Shown here: positions 1 to 9,068 of the stretch, piece after piece
How positions within the stretch are numbered: the stretch's first letter is position 1
Layout of the letters: every line of letters starts with the position of its first letter
DNA from: Candidatus Krumholzibacteriia bacterium
GTDB taxonomy: Bacteria > Krumholzibacteriota > Krumholzibacteriia > LZORAL124-64-63
Assembly (NCBI GenBank): GCA_050174015.1
Contig: JBFXKG010000001.1
Location: forward strand, 32,001 to 96,000
Direction of reading: 5' to 3'
Length of the DNA stretch: 64,000 nucleotides
Notes under the pieces: generated by a model
Seen by the model: only the letters and a program-made list of their open reading frames with translations
Told to the model about the DNA's origin: nothing
The model's database searches: none
Translations under genes and position numbers: made by a program

Positions 1-1251
1 GCACACCCGGTACATGAGGACCAGCAGGGAAATCATGCCGACCGTCAGCATGATCTCGGTGACCGCCGGCACGTAGCGGTGGTCGGGATAGACCGGAGTG
101 TAGCCGATGATGAAGACGTTCAACCGGTTCAGGGCGACCCCGAAGACCACCATGGCCGAGGCCGCGAACAGCCAGGCGGGCCGGCGGCGCATGCGGTGAC
201 TCAGCAGGATGGCCCAGGGCAGCACGACCCCGCCGACGATCTCGATCCAGTACATCACCGAGCGGCCGGTGAACTCGAACAGGTAGACGTAGGCGTCCCG
301 TCCGACCAGGTCGATGACCTTCGCCGCGAAGTAGATCGTCAGCAGGAAGGGGATGATGCGGCCCAGCGGGCTGAGCACGTCCATCTCGGGCGCGCGCCGG
401 AACGACCGCGACGCGATCATGCCCTCGAAGATGGCCATGGACAGGCCGACGGCGAAGGCCGACAGCAGGAACTGCAGGGGCAGGATGCTGGTGTGCCACA
501 GGGGGTGCAGCTTCGTCGGGGCGAGGGCCATCAGCGTGCCGAGGGACGACTGGTGCGCGCAGGACAGCACCACGCCCATGATGATGAAGAAGTTCATGAC
601 CTTGCCGAGAGTCCTGTCCAGGAACCGCAGCAGGCCGTCCACCGCGCCGTTGAGCCTGGCAAGCACCCCGGGCAGGTTCACGCGCCCGATGAACCGCTCG
701 CAAACGATGGGCAAAAACTCGATGTACAGCACGGTCAGGTAGATGCAGACGCACATGCCGACCTCGAACAGGGCCGAGTTGCCCTGCCACATCGAGGGCA
801 CCAGCACGTGCCAGATGTTGTAGAACCGGCCCAGGTCCATGACCACGCCCAGGGCCACGAAGGTGTAGCCCAGCATCGCGGTCAGCAGGGCGGGCCGGAC
901 CACCGGGTGGAACTTCTCGTGGTTCAGGATGTGGGCGATGAAAGCGGTGGTGAAACCGCCGGCCGCCAGGGCGACGCCCGTGGCCACGTCGATGGCGATC
1001 CAGATGCCCCAGGGGTACTGGGTGTCCAGGTTGGTCACCGCCCCGAGCCCGAAGAACAGGCGGACCACCATCATCACCACGCCCATGGCCGCCAGGGCGG
1101 TCAGGATGATGCTGCCGCGGGTGAAGAAGGGGACGTCGGTGTTGCCCCACAGGGGCGCGGCGTGCTCATGGTGGGAGGAGGCCCGGGACCGGGTCCGGTC
1201 CGCCCCGGCCAGGGGCATGGTCGCCGTCCCTCCGGTGTGCGAGTTAGACAT
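1..1251 (-). CDS. hybB: NrfD/HybB-family integral membrane subunit (3' end runs off window)
   Basis: Manual translation from ATG at 1251: ...LGAVTNLDTQYPWGIWIAIDVATGVALAAGGFTTA...RPALLTAMLGY...DLGRFYNIW...SALFEVGMCV; overlaps the stop of the upstream hybA-like gene. Confidence 0.85.
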   Translation of the reverse strand, partial: MSNSHTGGTATMPLAGADRTRSRASSHHEHAAPLWGNTDVPFFTRGSIILTALAAMGVVMMVVRLFFGLGAVTNLDTQYPWGIWIAIDVATGVALAAGGFTTAFIAHILNHEKFHPVVRPALLTAMLGYTFVALGVVMDLGRFYNIWHVLVPSMWQGNSALFEVGMCVCIYLTVLYIEFLPIVCERFIGRVNLPGVLARLNGAVDGLLRFLDRTLGKVMNFFIIMGVVLSCAHQSSLGTLMALAPTKLHPLWHTSILPLQFLLSAFAVGLSMAIFEGMIASRSFRRAPEMDVLSPLGRIIPFLLTIYFAAKVIDLVGRDAYVYLFEFTGRSVMYWIEIVGGVVLPWAILLSHRMRRRPAWLFAASAMVVFGVALNRLNVFIIGYTPVYPDHRYVPAVTEIMLTVGMISLLVLMYRVC

Positions 1252-2158
1252 GGTCGTCCTCCTTCTCCTTGCGTTTGTCCCCGGCGGACTTCATCAGGAC
1301 GCTGAGCAATCCGAAGAGCATCACCGGGCCGGTGAAGCCCTTGAAGATGCCGTGCTGGATGGTCTCGGTGATCACGGGCGGAGCCTGCTCGGGCAGGGCG
1401 GGCAGGTCCATTTCCTCGATGGGCCGGTCGCCGATCATCAGCCAGCTGGTCCCGCCCACCTCGTGCTCACCGTAGATGTGGTTGTGGTAGCGGCCGGGAT
1501 CGTTCCGGATCCGGTTGCGGGCGAGTTCCAGCAGTTCGCTGCGCTTGCCGTAGACCAGGGCCTCGGGGGGGCACATGTCCACGCAGGCGGGCCGCCGGCC
1601 CTCTTCCATGGTCCGCTCGAAGCACAGGGTGCACTTCATCACCTCGGGAGTGAGCTTGTTGTGGTACTCGTAGGCGGGGATCTGGAAGGGGCAAGCCACC
1701 ATGCAGTAGCGGCAGCCGATGCACTCCCAGGCGTTGTAGGTCACCGGTCCGCGGGGGTCCTTCTCCAGGGCGCCGACGATGCACGCCGAGACGCAGGCCG
1801 GATCCTCGCAGTGCATGCACTGGACCTTCACGAACTTGGAGTTCTCGTTGCCCGGCAGGGGATCGTAGCGGTTGACGACGGTGAAGCTTTCGGCGTCGGG
1901 CCGCCGCATGTGTTCGAAGACGGACGTATCGTCGCACTTGGACAGGTCCCCGTGGGGCAGCCCGTTCTGCTCGGCGCAGGCCCATTCGCAGCGCCGGCAG
2001 CCGATGCAGATCGTCAGGTCGGTCAGAACGCCGACCCGGTCCGGATCAAGATGCTTGCCGTGGTCGGCGCCCAGGGCGGCGTCGACGCTTACCAGACCGG
2101 CGGCGGCCGTGGTCGCTGCGGTCCCGGTGATCTTCAGGAAATCTCTCCGGCTGACCAT
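1244..2158 (-). CDS. hybA: Tat-exported 4Fe-4S ferredoxin subunit (HybA/HmcB-like)
   Basis: SRRDFLK Tat motif; Cys clusters CIGCRRCEWAC, CMHCEDPACVSAC, CIGCRYCMVACP, KCTLC..PACVDMCP; C-terminal TM helix. Confidence 0.85.
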   Translation of the reverse strand: MVSRRDFLKITGTAATTAAAGLVSVDAALGADHGKHLDPDRVGVLTDLTICIGCRRCEWACAEQNGLPHGDLSKCDDTSVFEHMRRPDAESFTVVNRYDPLPGNENSKFVKVQCMHCEDPACVSACIVGALEKDPRGPVTYNAWECIGCRYCMVACPFQIPAYEYHNKLTPEVMKCTLCFERTMEEGRRPACVDMCPPEALVYGKRSELLELARNRIRNDPGRYHNHIYGEHEVGGTSWLMIGDRPIEEMDLPALPEQAPPVITETIQHGIFKGFTGPVMLFGLLSVLMKSAGDKRKEKEDDHV

Positions 2159-2215
2159 GATCAACTCCCGTTTGCCGTGGCGCGGGTTCTCTCCCGGGAC
2201 CTTCGCCTTGGCCGT

Positions 2216-2758
2216 TCAGGTTCGTGGAGGCATGTCCAGCGCCTCCTTGCTGTTGCACACGAGGCAATCATTCCCGCCCCGGCCCCCGCAGCGCGGGCAG
2301 ACGGTCGAGGCGTCCAGTTCGGTCGCCAGGGTGAAGCGGATCACCCGGCGCACGAAATCCAGGAGCAAGAACTTCTCCTCCCTGGTGAACTGGTCCATCA
2401 GGGATTGCTGTTTCCGGTCCAGCAGGGAGTCGTAGGCGGAGACCACCGACCGCCCCTCGTCGTTCAGCTTCACCTCGGAGCAGCGCCGGTCCTGGGGACA
2501 GGAGCGGCGGCCGACCAGCCCCCACTCCTCCAGGCGGTCGATGTTCTTGCTCACGGCGGCGTTGCTGATCTCCAGGGTCCGGGCGATCTCCAGGATCTGC
2601 ATGTCCCCGGTGAAGGCGAGCATGCGCAGGATGGACAGCTGGTTCCTGGTCAGGGGGTAGGGACAGGCGTCCCTCCGGGTGTTCCCCTGGCAGGTCTCAT
2701 GAATGACCTGAGCCAGGATCCGGAGGTTCTCGCTGAGGGATGTGTCCAGTCGGTCCAT
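2216..2758 (-). CDS. MarR-family transcriptional regulator with Cys-rich C-terminus
   Basis: LTRNQLSIL..EIARTLEISNAAVSKNIDRLEEWGLV..DRRCSEVKLNDEG winged-HTH pattern. Confidence 0.85.
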   Translation of the reverse strand: MDRLDTSLSENLRILAQVIHETCQGNTRRDACPYPLTRNQLSILRMLAFTGDMQILEIARTLEISNAAVSKNIDRLEEWGLVGRRSCPQDRRCSEVKLNDEGRSVVSAYDSLLDRKQQSLMDQFTREEKFLLLDFVRRVIRFTLATELDASTVCPRCGGRGGNDCLVCNSKEALDMPPRT

Positions 2759-2767
2759 GCTTACCCC

Positions 2768-2787
2768 GGTTAATTATCAACCAGGTT
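2768..2787. promoter_or_regulatory. Imperfect palindrome just upstream of marR, candidate autoregulatory operator
   Basis: GGTTAATTATCAACC (12/15 self-complementary) overlapping AACCAGGTT, about 10 bp upstream of the start codon. Confidence 0.4.
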
Positions 2788-2917
2788 AAGGATGGCATCC
2801 GTCCGAATAGCTGTCAAGAATTAAACAGCAGATTTTCGGGAAAAAATCGCCGCAATCATCGCAAAAACAACAATTTGCAGAGTAAACTGGTGTGATTTGA
2901 GAAAAGAAAGATCGAGA

Positions 2918-4057
2918 TCAATTTATTGCGAGATCAGGGATCAGAACCTGGAAGGTCGTGCCATTTCCCTCGATGGAAGTGAAAGAGATCTTGCCTTTCA
3001 AGTACTTTTCGACAAACAACTTGCTTGAAAACGTACCCAGGCCCCGACCCGTCCCCTTGGTCGAGAAGGACCGCTGGAAAACCTGATGGGCCACCGCCTG
3101 GGGGATGACGCCGCTGTTGTTAACTTGAAAACAATATCCGCTCTCGCGGATGCGCCCATCGACCCGAACCTTTCCACCCGGAGCGGAAGCCTCGAGGGCG
3201 TTCTTGATCAGGTTGGAAAGGACACGGGTCAGGAGCACCCACCCCGTGGACAGACTCCGGCTCTCCAGGTCGTCCGACAGTTCGATCCCCTTGCCCCTCG
3301 CCACGGGGGCGGCGGCCAGGGACCGCGCCAGTTCCTCCAGGAAGGGCCCGGTCTCCCGCGCTTCGACGGTGAATTCCAGGTTGTCGTTCTCGGCGGCGAG
3401 CAGATCCCGCTGGGCGTTGATCTCCTCCACGAGCCTGCCCACGGTTTCCACCAGCAACGGGGCGTAATCCTGGACCTCTGCGGCCTCCCGGGAGTCCCGG
3501 ATCAGTTCGGACAGTCCGACCAGGTTGCCGACGGTGTTCATGACGTCGTGGAAGAAGACCTTTTCCAGGACCTCCCGGCGCTTGCGGTCGGCGATGTCCT
3601 CCACCACCATGATCGTGAAGGCCCGGTCGTGATGAATGAAGGGGCTGGCCTTGACCATCAGATCCAGGGGAATGGTGCCCTTGCCGGTGAGGATCCGGCA
3701 CTCCTTCCGGACCGTCCTGCCCTGCTGGGCCGCCAGGACCGCGGCCAGGGCTCCGCAGGTGGTGCAGGCCTCGCTTTCCCCGCAGCCCATGACGTGATCC
3801 CAGGCATGGATGCAATCGAGCAGCTCGCCGGGCCGGGTGCCCAGCACGGTTTCCAGATCGCTCCGGCCGTAGGTGGCGATCAGCAGGGTGTTCGCGTGCA
3901 CGATGTGCCGGTTGGGATCCAGGATGGCCACCATGGCGGGCATGGCGTCGATGACCCGCTGGAGCAGCAGGTCGGACAGGAAATCCTGATGGCTGGCGAG
4001 GATCTCCTCGCTGGAGGAACGTGCGGGGAGGGGGCGCAGCGAATCGGTCAGGGCCAT
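2918..4057 (-). CDS. PAS-domain sensor histidine kinase
   Basis: FFHDVMN H-box, NLIKNALEAS N-box, FSTKGTGRGLG G2 box; Cys-rich PAS region. Confidence 0.85.
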   Translation of the reverse strand: MALTDSLRPLPARSSSEEILASHQDFLSDLLLQRVIDAMPAMVAILDPNRHIVHANTLLIATYGRSDLETVLGTRPGELLDCIHAWDHVMGCGESEACTTCGALAAVLAAQQGRTVRKECRILTGKGTIPLDLMVKASPFIHHDRAFTIMVVEDIADRKRREVLEKVFFHDVMNTVGNLVGLSELIRDSREAAEVQDYAPLLVETVGRLVEEINAQRDLLAAENDNLEFTVEARETGPFLEELARSLAAAPVARGKGIELSDDLESRSLSTGWVLLTRVLSNLIKNALEASAPGGKVRVDGRIRESGYCFQVNNSGVIPQAVAHQVFQRSFSTKGTGRGLGTFSSKLFVEKYLKGKISFTSIEGNGTTFQVLIPDLAIN

Positions 4058-4178
4058 GGAGGTCGTTTCCTTTTTTTGGGCCGCTCTTCCTATCGGCTGA
4101 AGAACGAGAGACCTAAAGATAACCTTAGTTCCCGTCGGATCCCCCGCATTGGTGAACTCCGGCCATCACCCTACGGGG

Positions 4179-5117
4179 TCAGCGCAAGAAGATCAACGCT
4201 CCACCGCCCACCGCCAGGACGATGCCGACGCCGCTGAGGACCGAAGGCCGGTCCTTGAAGACGACCCAGGCGGGAATCACCACGAAGATGGGTACGGTGC
4301 CCAGCAGGACCTGGGCGATCCCCGCTTCGGTGTTCTTGATGGCGATCAGGGAGATCCAGACCGAGATGAAGGGTCCCAGCAGCACGCCGACCCCGAGGAA
4401 GAGGAGCCCCCGGCGGTCTTCGAGGCGGTGGACCAGAGCCCGCAGGTCCTGCCGGGGCAGGACGAACAGCCAGTAGGCCGCGGCGGCCCAGACCATGCGG
4501 ACGAGGGTGCCGGACAGGGGGGCGGCCCCGCTGCCGGCGCTGGTCGTGCCGGTCATTCCCAGCTTGGCGAAGACGCTGCCCAGGCCCTGTCCCGCCGAGG
4601 CGAGCAGGGCGAGCAGGATTCCGGTGCGAAGGATGCCGGGTTGCAGTGAGGCGAACCGGCCGGCTCCGCCGTCCCGCCCGCGGGAGGCGGTGACGACCCC
4701 GGCGATCACCACCGCGACGCCCAGCAGGGCGACGGGGCCGAGGTGTTCCCCCAGGGCGCTCCAGGCCACCATGACGGTGAAGACGGGCGCCAGGGCCATC
4801 ATGGTCATCCCCCGCCGGGGCCCGATCAGGGTGAAGGACCGGAAGAGGGCCGAATCCCCGATGGCCAGCCCCACCACGCCGCTCAGGCCGAGCCACGTCT
4901 GGTCCTGCCAGGGGAGCCCGGTGGGATAGACGCTTCCGGTGACCACGAGGTGGGAAAGCCCCAGGCACAGGGCGCCGGCGGGCAGGCGCAGCAGGTTGAC
5001 GGCCGTCACCCCGAGCCGGGATCCGGCGATGGTGAAGAAGACGCTGGTCCAGGCGAAGATGAGCGCCGCCAGGATGGCCATGATCTCGCCGTAGTGGGGG
5101 ATGGGGGGCTGGGTCAC
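4179..5117 (-). CDS. DMT/EamA-family transporter
   Basis: About 10 TM helices in two repeats; GLAIGDSALF, LAPVF motifs. Confidence 0.85.
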   Translation of the reverse strand: MTQPPIPHYGEIMAILAALIFAWTSVFFTIAGSRLGVTAVNLLRLPAGALCLGLSHLVVTGSVYPTGLPWQDQTWLGLSGVVGLAIGDSALFRSFTLIGPRRGMTMMALAPVFTVMVAWSALGEHLGPVALLGVAVVIAGVVTASRGRDGGAGRFASLQPGILRTGILLALLASAGQGLGSVFAKLGMTGTTSAGSGAAPLSGTLVRMVWAAAAYWLFVLPRQDLRALVHRLEDRRGLLFLGVGVLLGPFISVWISLIAIKNTEAGIAQVLLGTVPIFVVIPAWVVFKDRPSVLSGVGIVLAVGGGALIFLR

Positions 5118-5216
5118 CGATGGCCTCGAAGGTCCCTGTCACGGGGAGCCGGAATTTGCTATACTGATGGGGTTCGCGGGACGGCTGGATGATCGTCGAC
5201 CCCGGGGGAATGCACA

Positions 5217-5807
5217 ATGAAAGCTTTCGCTGCCATGTCGGGGATCGGGCTGGCCCTGGGGATGACCCTGGGCGTTTTGCCTGCGGCGGCGGACGTCCTG
5301 GAAATTCCCCTCGATGCGATCCTGGGCGCCTATCCCGACGGCCAGATCGTCGAACGCATCGCCCCGTTCGATCTGGGGTTCAGCCCCGAGGCCGTCAGCG
5401 GGGCGTGGATCCAGTTCACCGGAGTGATCGAGGAGGCCTTCGTCGAGTGCGACGGCGGCATCGACGCCTGGCCCATGGAGTTCTACGCCATGATGCCCGA
5501 TGGCGCCTCGGGCAACCGGTGGCTCGCCTTCGAACCCTCCCGGCCCACCGCCGGCATCATCGCCTTCGCCCTGCCTTTCGCCACCGATCCCGATCATGCC
5601 GCCACCTGGGACTTCCTGGCTGACGGGACCGGCACCCTCCACTTCTATGCAGGCCCGGTGGGTTTGACCGGGACCTGCCTGCCCACCGGCGGACCTCCCG
5701 TGGCCGTCCTGGACGAGGCGGTCCTGGTCCTCGATCTCAAGACCTCCGTTCCTGTCGAGGCCCGGTCCTTCGGGGCGGTCAAGGCCCTGTTCCAGGGCGG
5801 ACGCTGA
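5217..5807 (+). CDS. Secreted hypothetical protein with C-terminal SFGAVKALF tail
   Basis: Signal peptide (..LPAAA/DV); ends VPVEARSFGAVKALFQGGR. Confidence 0.75.
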   Translation: MKAFAAMSGIGLALGMTLGVLPAAADVLEIPLDAILGAYPDGQIVERIAPFDLGFSPEAVSGAWIQFTGVIEEAFVECDGGIDAWPMEFYAMMPDGASGNRWLAFEPSRPTAGIIAFALPFATDPDHAATWDFLADGTGTLHFYAGPVGLTGTCLPTGGPPVAVLDEAVLVLDLKTSVPVEARSFGAVKALFQGGR

Positions 5808-5810
5808 GCC

Positions 5811-6506
5811 TCAGGTCAGGACCTCGCAGAAGATGCTGCAGTCCTCCACCGTGGTGATGCTCACCCCGTGGCCAAGCCCTGCCGACAGTTCCGCGAATCG
5901 GGCCGGACCGACGGTGGTGGCCGTGAACCCGTCGCGGCAGACGATGGTCCCGTCGCCGGTGGCGTCCTCGTCGAGGGGACCGATCAGGCCGTACTCGGCC
6001 TGCAGGCGGAACCATTCCAGCCGCTCGTGCCAGAATTCCGGCGCGTAGCTGGAGAACAGGACCTTGCCCCCGGGCGCGGTCACACGGACCGCTTCGACCA
6101 TCAGCGCCCGCTGGTCGACGTGGAACGCGGAGATCCCGTTCTGGATGCAGCAGACCTGATGGAAGGTCCGATCGGGAAAGGCCAGCCGGACGGCGTCCAT
6201 GCACGCCAGGTGCACGCCGGGGCGTTTCCCGAGCCGCCGGCGGCCGAGGGCGAGGCTGGCCGGGGAATTGTCGATTCCCACGAGGAGGCGTTGCGGCCCG
6301 GGCAGCAGGTCCTCCAGCACCCGCCCGTACCCGCAGCCCAGTTCCAGGACCTTGTCACCCGCCCGGATGTGCCCCAGGACGTGGTCGCTTTCGGCCTTCA
6401 GGAACCGCCGGACCGCCGGCGTCGCCAGTTCGTAGCACCGCAGCAACCGCTCGGCGGCCAGCTTCGCCTTGTAGTAGGATGAATCCACCATGTTCCTCCC
6501 ATTCAC
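5811..6506 (-). CDS. Class I SAM-dependent methyltransferase
   Basis: VLELGCGYGR motif I, VGID, MDAVRLAFPDRTF. Confidence 0.85.
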   Translation of the reverse strand: MNGRNMVDSSYYKAKLAAERLLRCYELATPAVRRFLKAESDHVLGHIRAGDKVLELGCGYGRVLEDLLPGPQRLLVGIDNSPASLALGRRRLGKRPGVHLACMDAVRLAFPDRTFHQVCCIQNGISAFHVDQRALMVEAVRVTAPGGKVLFSSYAPEFWHERLEWFRLQAEYGLIGPLDEDATGDGTIVCRDGFTATTVGPARFAELSAGLGHGVSITTVEDCSIFCEVLT

Positions 6507-7402
6507 CGGCCGGCCGGGGTCGGCGCAGATTCGAGATCCAGCAGCACGCGCCCGGTCTTCTGCAGGTCCTTGGTGCCGATCAGGTCCATGCCCCCCGCCA
6601 GCAGGGCGGCGCAGACCTCGGCGGATCCCGGAACCGCGAAGACCCGAAGGACCCTGCCGGGCACCGCGTTCCGCGCCTGGCGGACTTCGTGCAGGCGCCA
6701 GGTGAACTCCCCGGGACGAGGCGGGCAGCCGTTCCAGGCGAATTCGTCCCGGTACTTCACGGTGATCAGCTTCAGGAGGTGGGCGGGGTAGCTTGCGTGG
6801 TCGGCCGGCAGTTCCTTGAAGTGGGACTGCACGGCCGCGTACCGTACCGGCTGGGCCGCCAGGTCGGCCAGGGGCGGGAACCAGCCGACCAGGATCACCT
6901 GGACCGGACCGGAAATGACCTCGCCGTCCCTGACCGTTGTCAGGATGTCCTCGTAGGTCGACAGCACATCGTGCAGCGCGTCGTAGGTCTCCGGGCCCTC
7001 GCGCTTGGATTCGATGTTCAGGTAGAAGACCGGTTCTCCGGGCTGGACGCAGCCCAGCCGGTCGATCCGCTCGCGCAGGGGACGCAGGTAGAGGGCCTCG
7101 AGGGTCCGGCCGGGCCGGAGGTCCTCGATGTCGTGGGCCACCAGCAGCTCCCCGTCCACCAGGAAGTAGTCGGCCTCCACCCCGCGGAAACCACCGTCCA
7201 GGGCATCCTGCAGGGGGCGGTCGTTCAGGTAGTCGTTGTGGGCGTAGGCGGGTAGGGTGGCGGGGAAACCGGCTGCGGGATCGGCGGCGGGAGCGGCTGC
7301 GGGACCGGCTGCGGGAGCCCCTCCAAGCGGGAGGATGGTTGACACGGCAACCATTCCGGCGACCCCGACCATCTTCCGAACCGATGCCCCACGCCTGTTC
7401 AT
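6503..7402 (-). CDS. Secreted PI-PLC/GDPD-like phosphodiesterase (AIM6-like)
   Basis: YAHNDY..PLQDAL..GFRGVEAD..LLVAHD..TLEALYLRPL; start reassigned to ATG 7402. Confidence 0.65.
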   Translation of the reverse strand: MNRRGASVRKMVGVAGMVAVSTILPLGGAPAAGPAAAPAADPAAGFPATLPAYAHNDYLNDRPLQDALDGGFRGVEADYFLVDGELLVAHDIEDLRPGRTLEALYLRPLRERIDRLGCVQPGEPVFYLNIESKREGPETYDALHDVLSTYEDILTTVRDGEVISGPVQVILVGWFPPLADLAAQPVRYAAVQSHFKELPADHASYPAHLLKLITVKYRDEFAWNGCPPRPGEFTWRLHEVRQARNAVPGRVLRVFAVPGSAEVCAALLAGGMDLIGTKDLQKTGRVLLDLESAPTPAGR

Positions 7403-7887
7403 GGTACCGCGTCGATTTCCAGGTTCCCGTAGCACTTGAACTCCCCGACGGTCAGCACGCAGGCATAGATGCCGTCGGGCTGGAAAACCCCCTGCTCGTC
7501 CTCCCCGTTCCAGGCCACGTGGGTGATGCCTGCGGGCTGGATCTCGTCGACGAGGGTCCGCACCAGCTTGCAATCCTGGTCGTAGATCCGGACGAAGACC
7601 TGCGCCTCCTCCACGAGCGAGAAGCGCACGATGGTCAGGGGATTGAAGGGGTTGGGATAGGCGGGGTAGAAGAAGGGCTGCGAGGGGTCAGCCCCGTTGC
7701 CGGGATGGCACCAGCCTCCGTCGCCGCTGGCGCCCGTGACCGTCCCCTCCTCGTCCGTGGGGGTGATCCCGGTGAAGGGGAGGGGAGAACAGGAGCCGCC
7801 CTCGGGTTCGGCGGGATCGTCGGAACAGCCGGGACCGGCGACGACGATGCCCAGGATGGCGAAGGCCAGGAGCAGGAACGTGCGCAT
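7399..7887 (-). CDS. Lipoprotein consisting mainly of one FlgD-Ig-like domain
   Basis: Hydrophobic signal then GPGCSDD lipobox-like motif; AYPNPFNP..VRIYD..LVRTLVD..WNGED..GIY. Confidence 0.75.
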   Translation of the reverse strand: MRTFLLLAFAILGIVVAGPGCSDDPAEPEGGSCSPLPFTGITPTDEEGTVTGASGDGGWCHPGNGADPSQPFFYPAYPNPFNPLTIVRFSLVEEAQVFVRIYDQDCKLVRTLVDEIQPAGITHVAWNGEDEQGVFQPDGIYACVLTVGEFKCYGNLEIDAVP

Positions 7888-7916
7888 GAGGGAACTCCTC
7901 GGGGGCAGGGCCATGA

Positions 7917-8372
7917 TCATCGTGACTCCGGCCGGAGGCCCCGGCAGGCGATCAACTTTGCCGTGGCGGTGTGCAGGCGGTCCGGGTCGGGGGTGATGCC
8001 GACCCTGCCGAGGTCGAGGCGGTCCGCATCCCAGCAGGCCAGGATGGTCCAATCGTCCGTCGGCTCCTCGTGGGTGTGGTAACGGCAGGCGAAGGCCAGG
8101 CGTTCCCGGTCCACGGGCGAGATCCGCAGTTCGCTCGCGGCGAAGGTCAGGACGTAATCGGCGGCGCGGGGGCCGTGGTCGGGATCGATGCCCTCGTTTT
8201 CCCGCTTGCTGTCGTGGAAGTACGCGAACAGGGTGATCAGGCGCGATTCGAGGTCCTCCGCTGCGGCGATGCGCCGGCCGAATTCCGCGACCCGGTCCCA
8301 GTGGGGCCGGCCGTGGAAACGGTGGGTCCGCAGCGGGGCGTCGGCGAGGATCCTGGCGATCAGCTGTTCCAT
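7917..8372 (-). CDS. HD-domain protein
   Basis: HGRPHWDRV, FAYFHDSKR, HGPRAA, CWDADRLDLGRVG; start at ATG 8372. Confidence 0.8.
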   Translation of the reverse strand: MEQLIARILADAPLRTHRFHGRPHWDRVAEFGRRIAAAEDLESRLITLFAYFHDSKRENEGIDPDHGPRAADYVLTFAASELRISPVDRERLAFACRYHTHEEPTDDWTILACWDADRLDLGRVGITPDPDRLHTATAKLIACRGLRPESR

Positions 8373-8531
8373 CTGCGCATTCCCCGGGGCTGGTGGGCGG
8401 GCGTTTTTCGGGGGGTCGGCCGACCCGCTCGGCGGGGATGTTCCCCGATTCCGGCAACCCCGGCCTGGACGCGAGGTCATCCCTGACCATAAATTAGCGC
8501 CGTTGCCGAAACAAAACCAACGGGAGTCGAC

Positions 8532-9029
8532 ATGAACGAACCCATCAGGATCTTCGTCACCGGCGGGACCTTCGACAAGGAATACAACGAGCGCGACGGG
8601 AGCCTCTACTTCAAGGACACCCACCTGCGCGACATGCTCAAGCTGGGCCGCTGTCTGGCCGACGTCGAGATCCGCACCCTGATGATGGTGGACAGCCTGG
8701 ACATGGACGACGACGACCGCGACGCCATCGAGAACCAGTGCCGAAAGTGCCCGCGGGAGCGCATCGTCATCACCCACGGCACCGACACCATGGAGGTCAC
8801 GGCCAGGCGTCTGGGCGGGGCCATCACCGACAAGACCATCGTGCTGGTGGGGGCGATGATCCCCTTCGCATTCGGCAGCAGCGACGGCCTGTTCAACCTG
8901 GGCAGCGCCCTGGCCTTCGCCCAGAGCCTCCCCCACGGGGTCTACATCGCCATGAACGGACGCTGCTTCACCTGGGACAACGTCCGCAAGAACCGCGACG
9001 CGGGGATCTTCGAGGAACTCGAACCCTGA
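8532..9029 (+). CDS. Short asparaginase-domain protein (N-terminal domain only)
   Basis: TGGTFDK and ITHGTDTM catalytic motifs. Confidence 0.85.
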   Translation: MNEPIRIFVTGGTFDKEYNERDGSLYFKDTHLRDMLKLGRCLADVEIRTLMMVDSLDMDDDDRDAIENQCRKCPRERIVITHGTDTMEVTARRLGGAITDKTIVLVGAMIPFAFGSSDGLFNLGSALAFAQSLPHGVYIAMNGRCFTWDNVRKNRDAGIFEELEP

Positions 9030-9068
9030 TCCCGCCCCGCCCGCCTCGCGCTGCGCCGCCCGTTCTGC

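Noticed and set aside
1..2158. Calling this a [NiFe]-hydrogenase operon
   Set aside because: No hydrogenase large or small subunit or maturation genes in the window; only the electron-transfer pair is visible.
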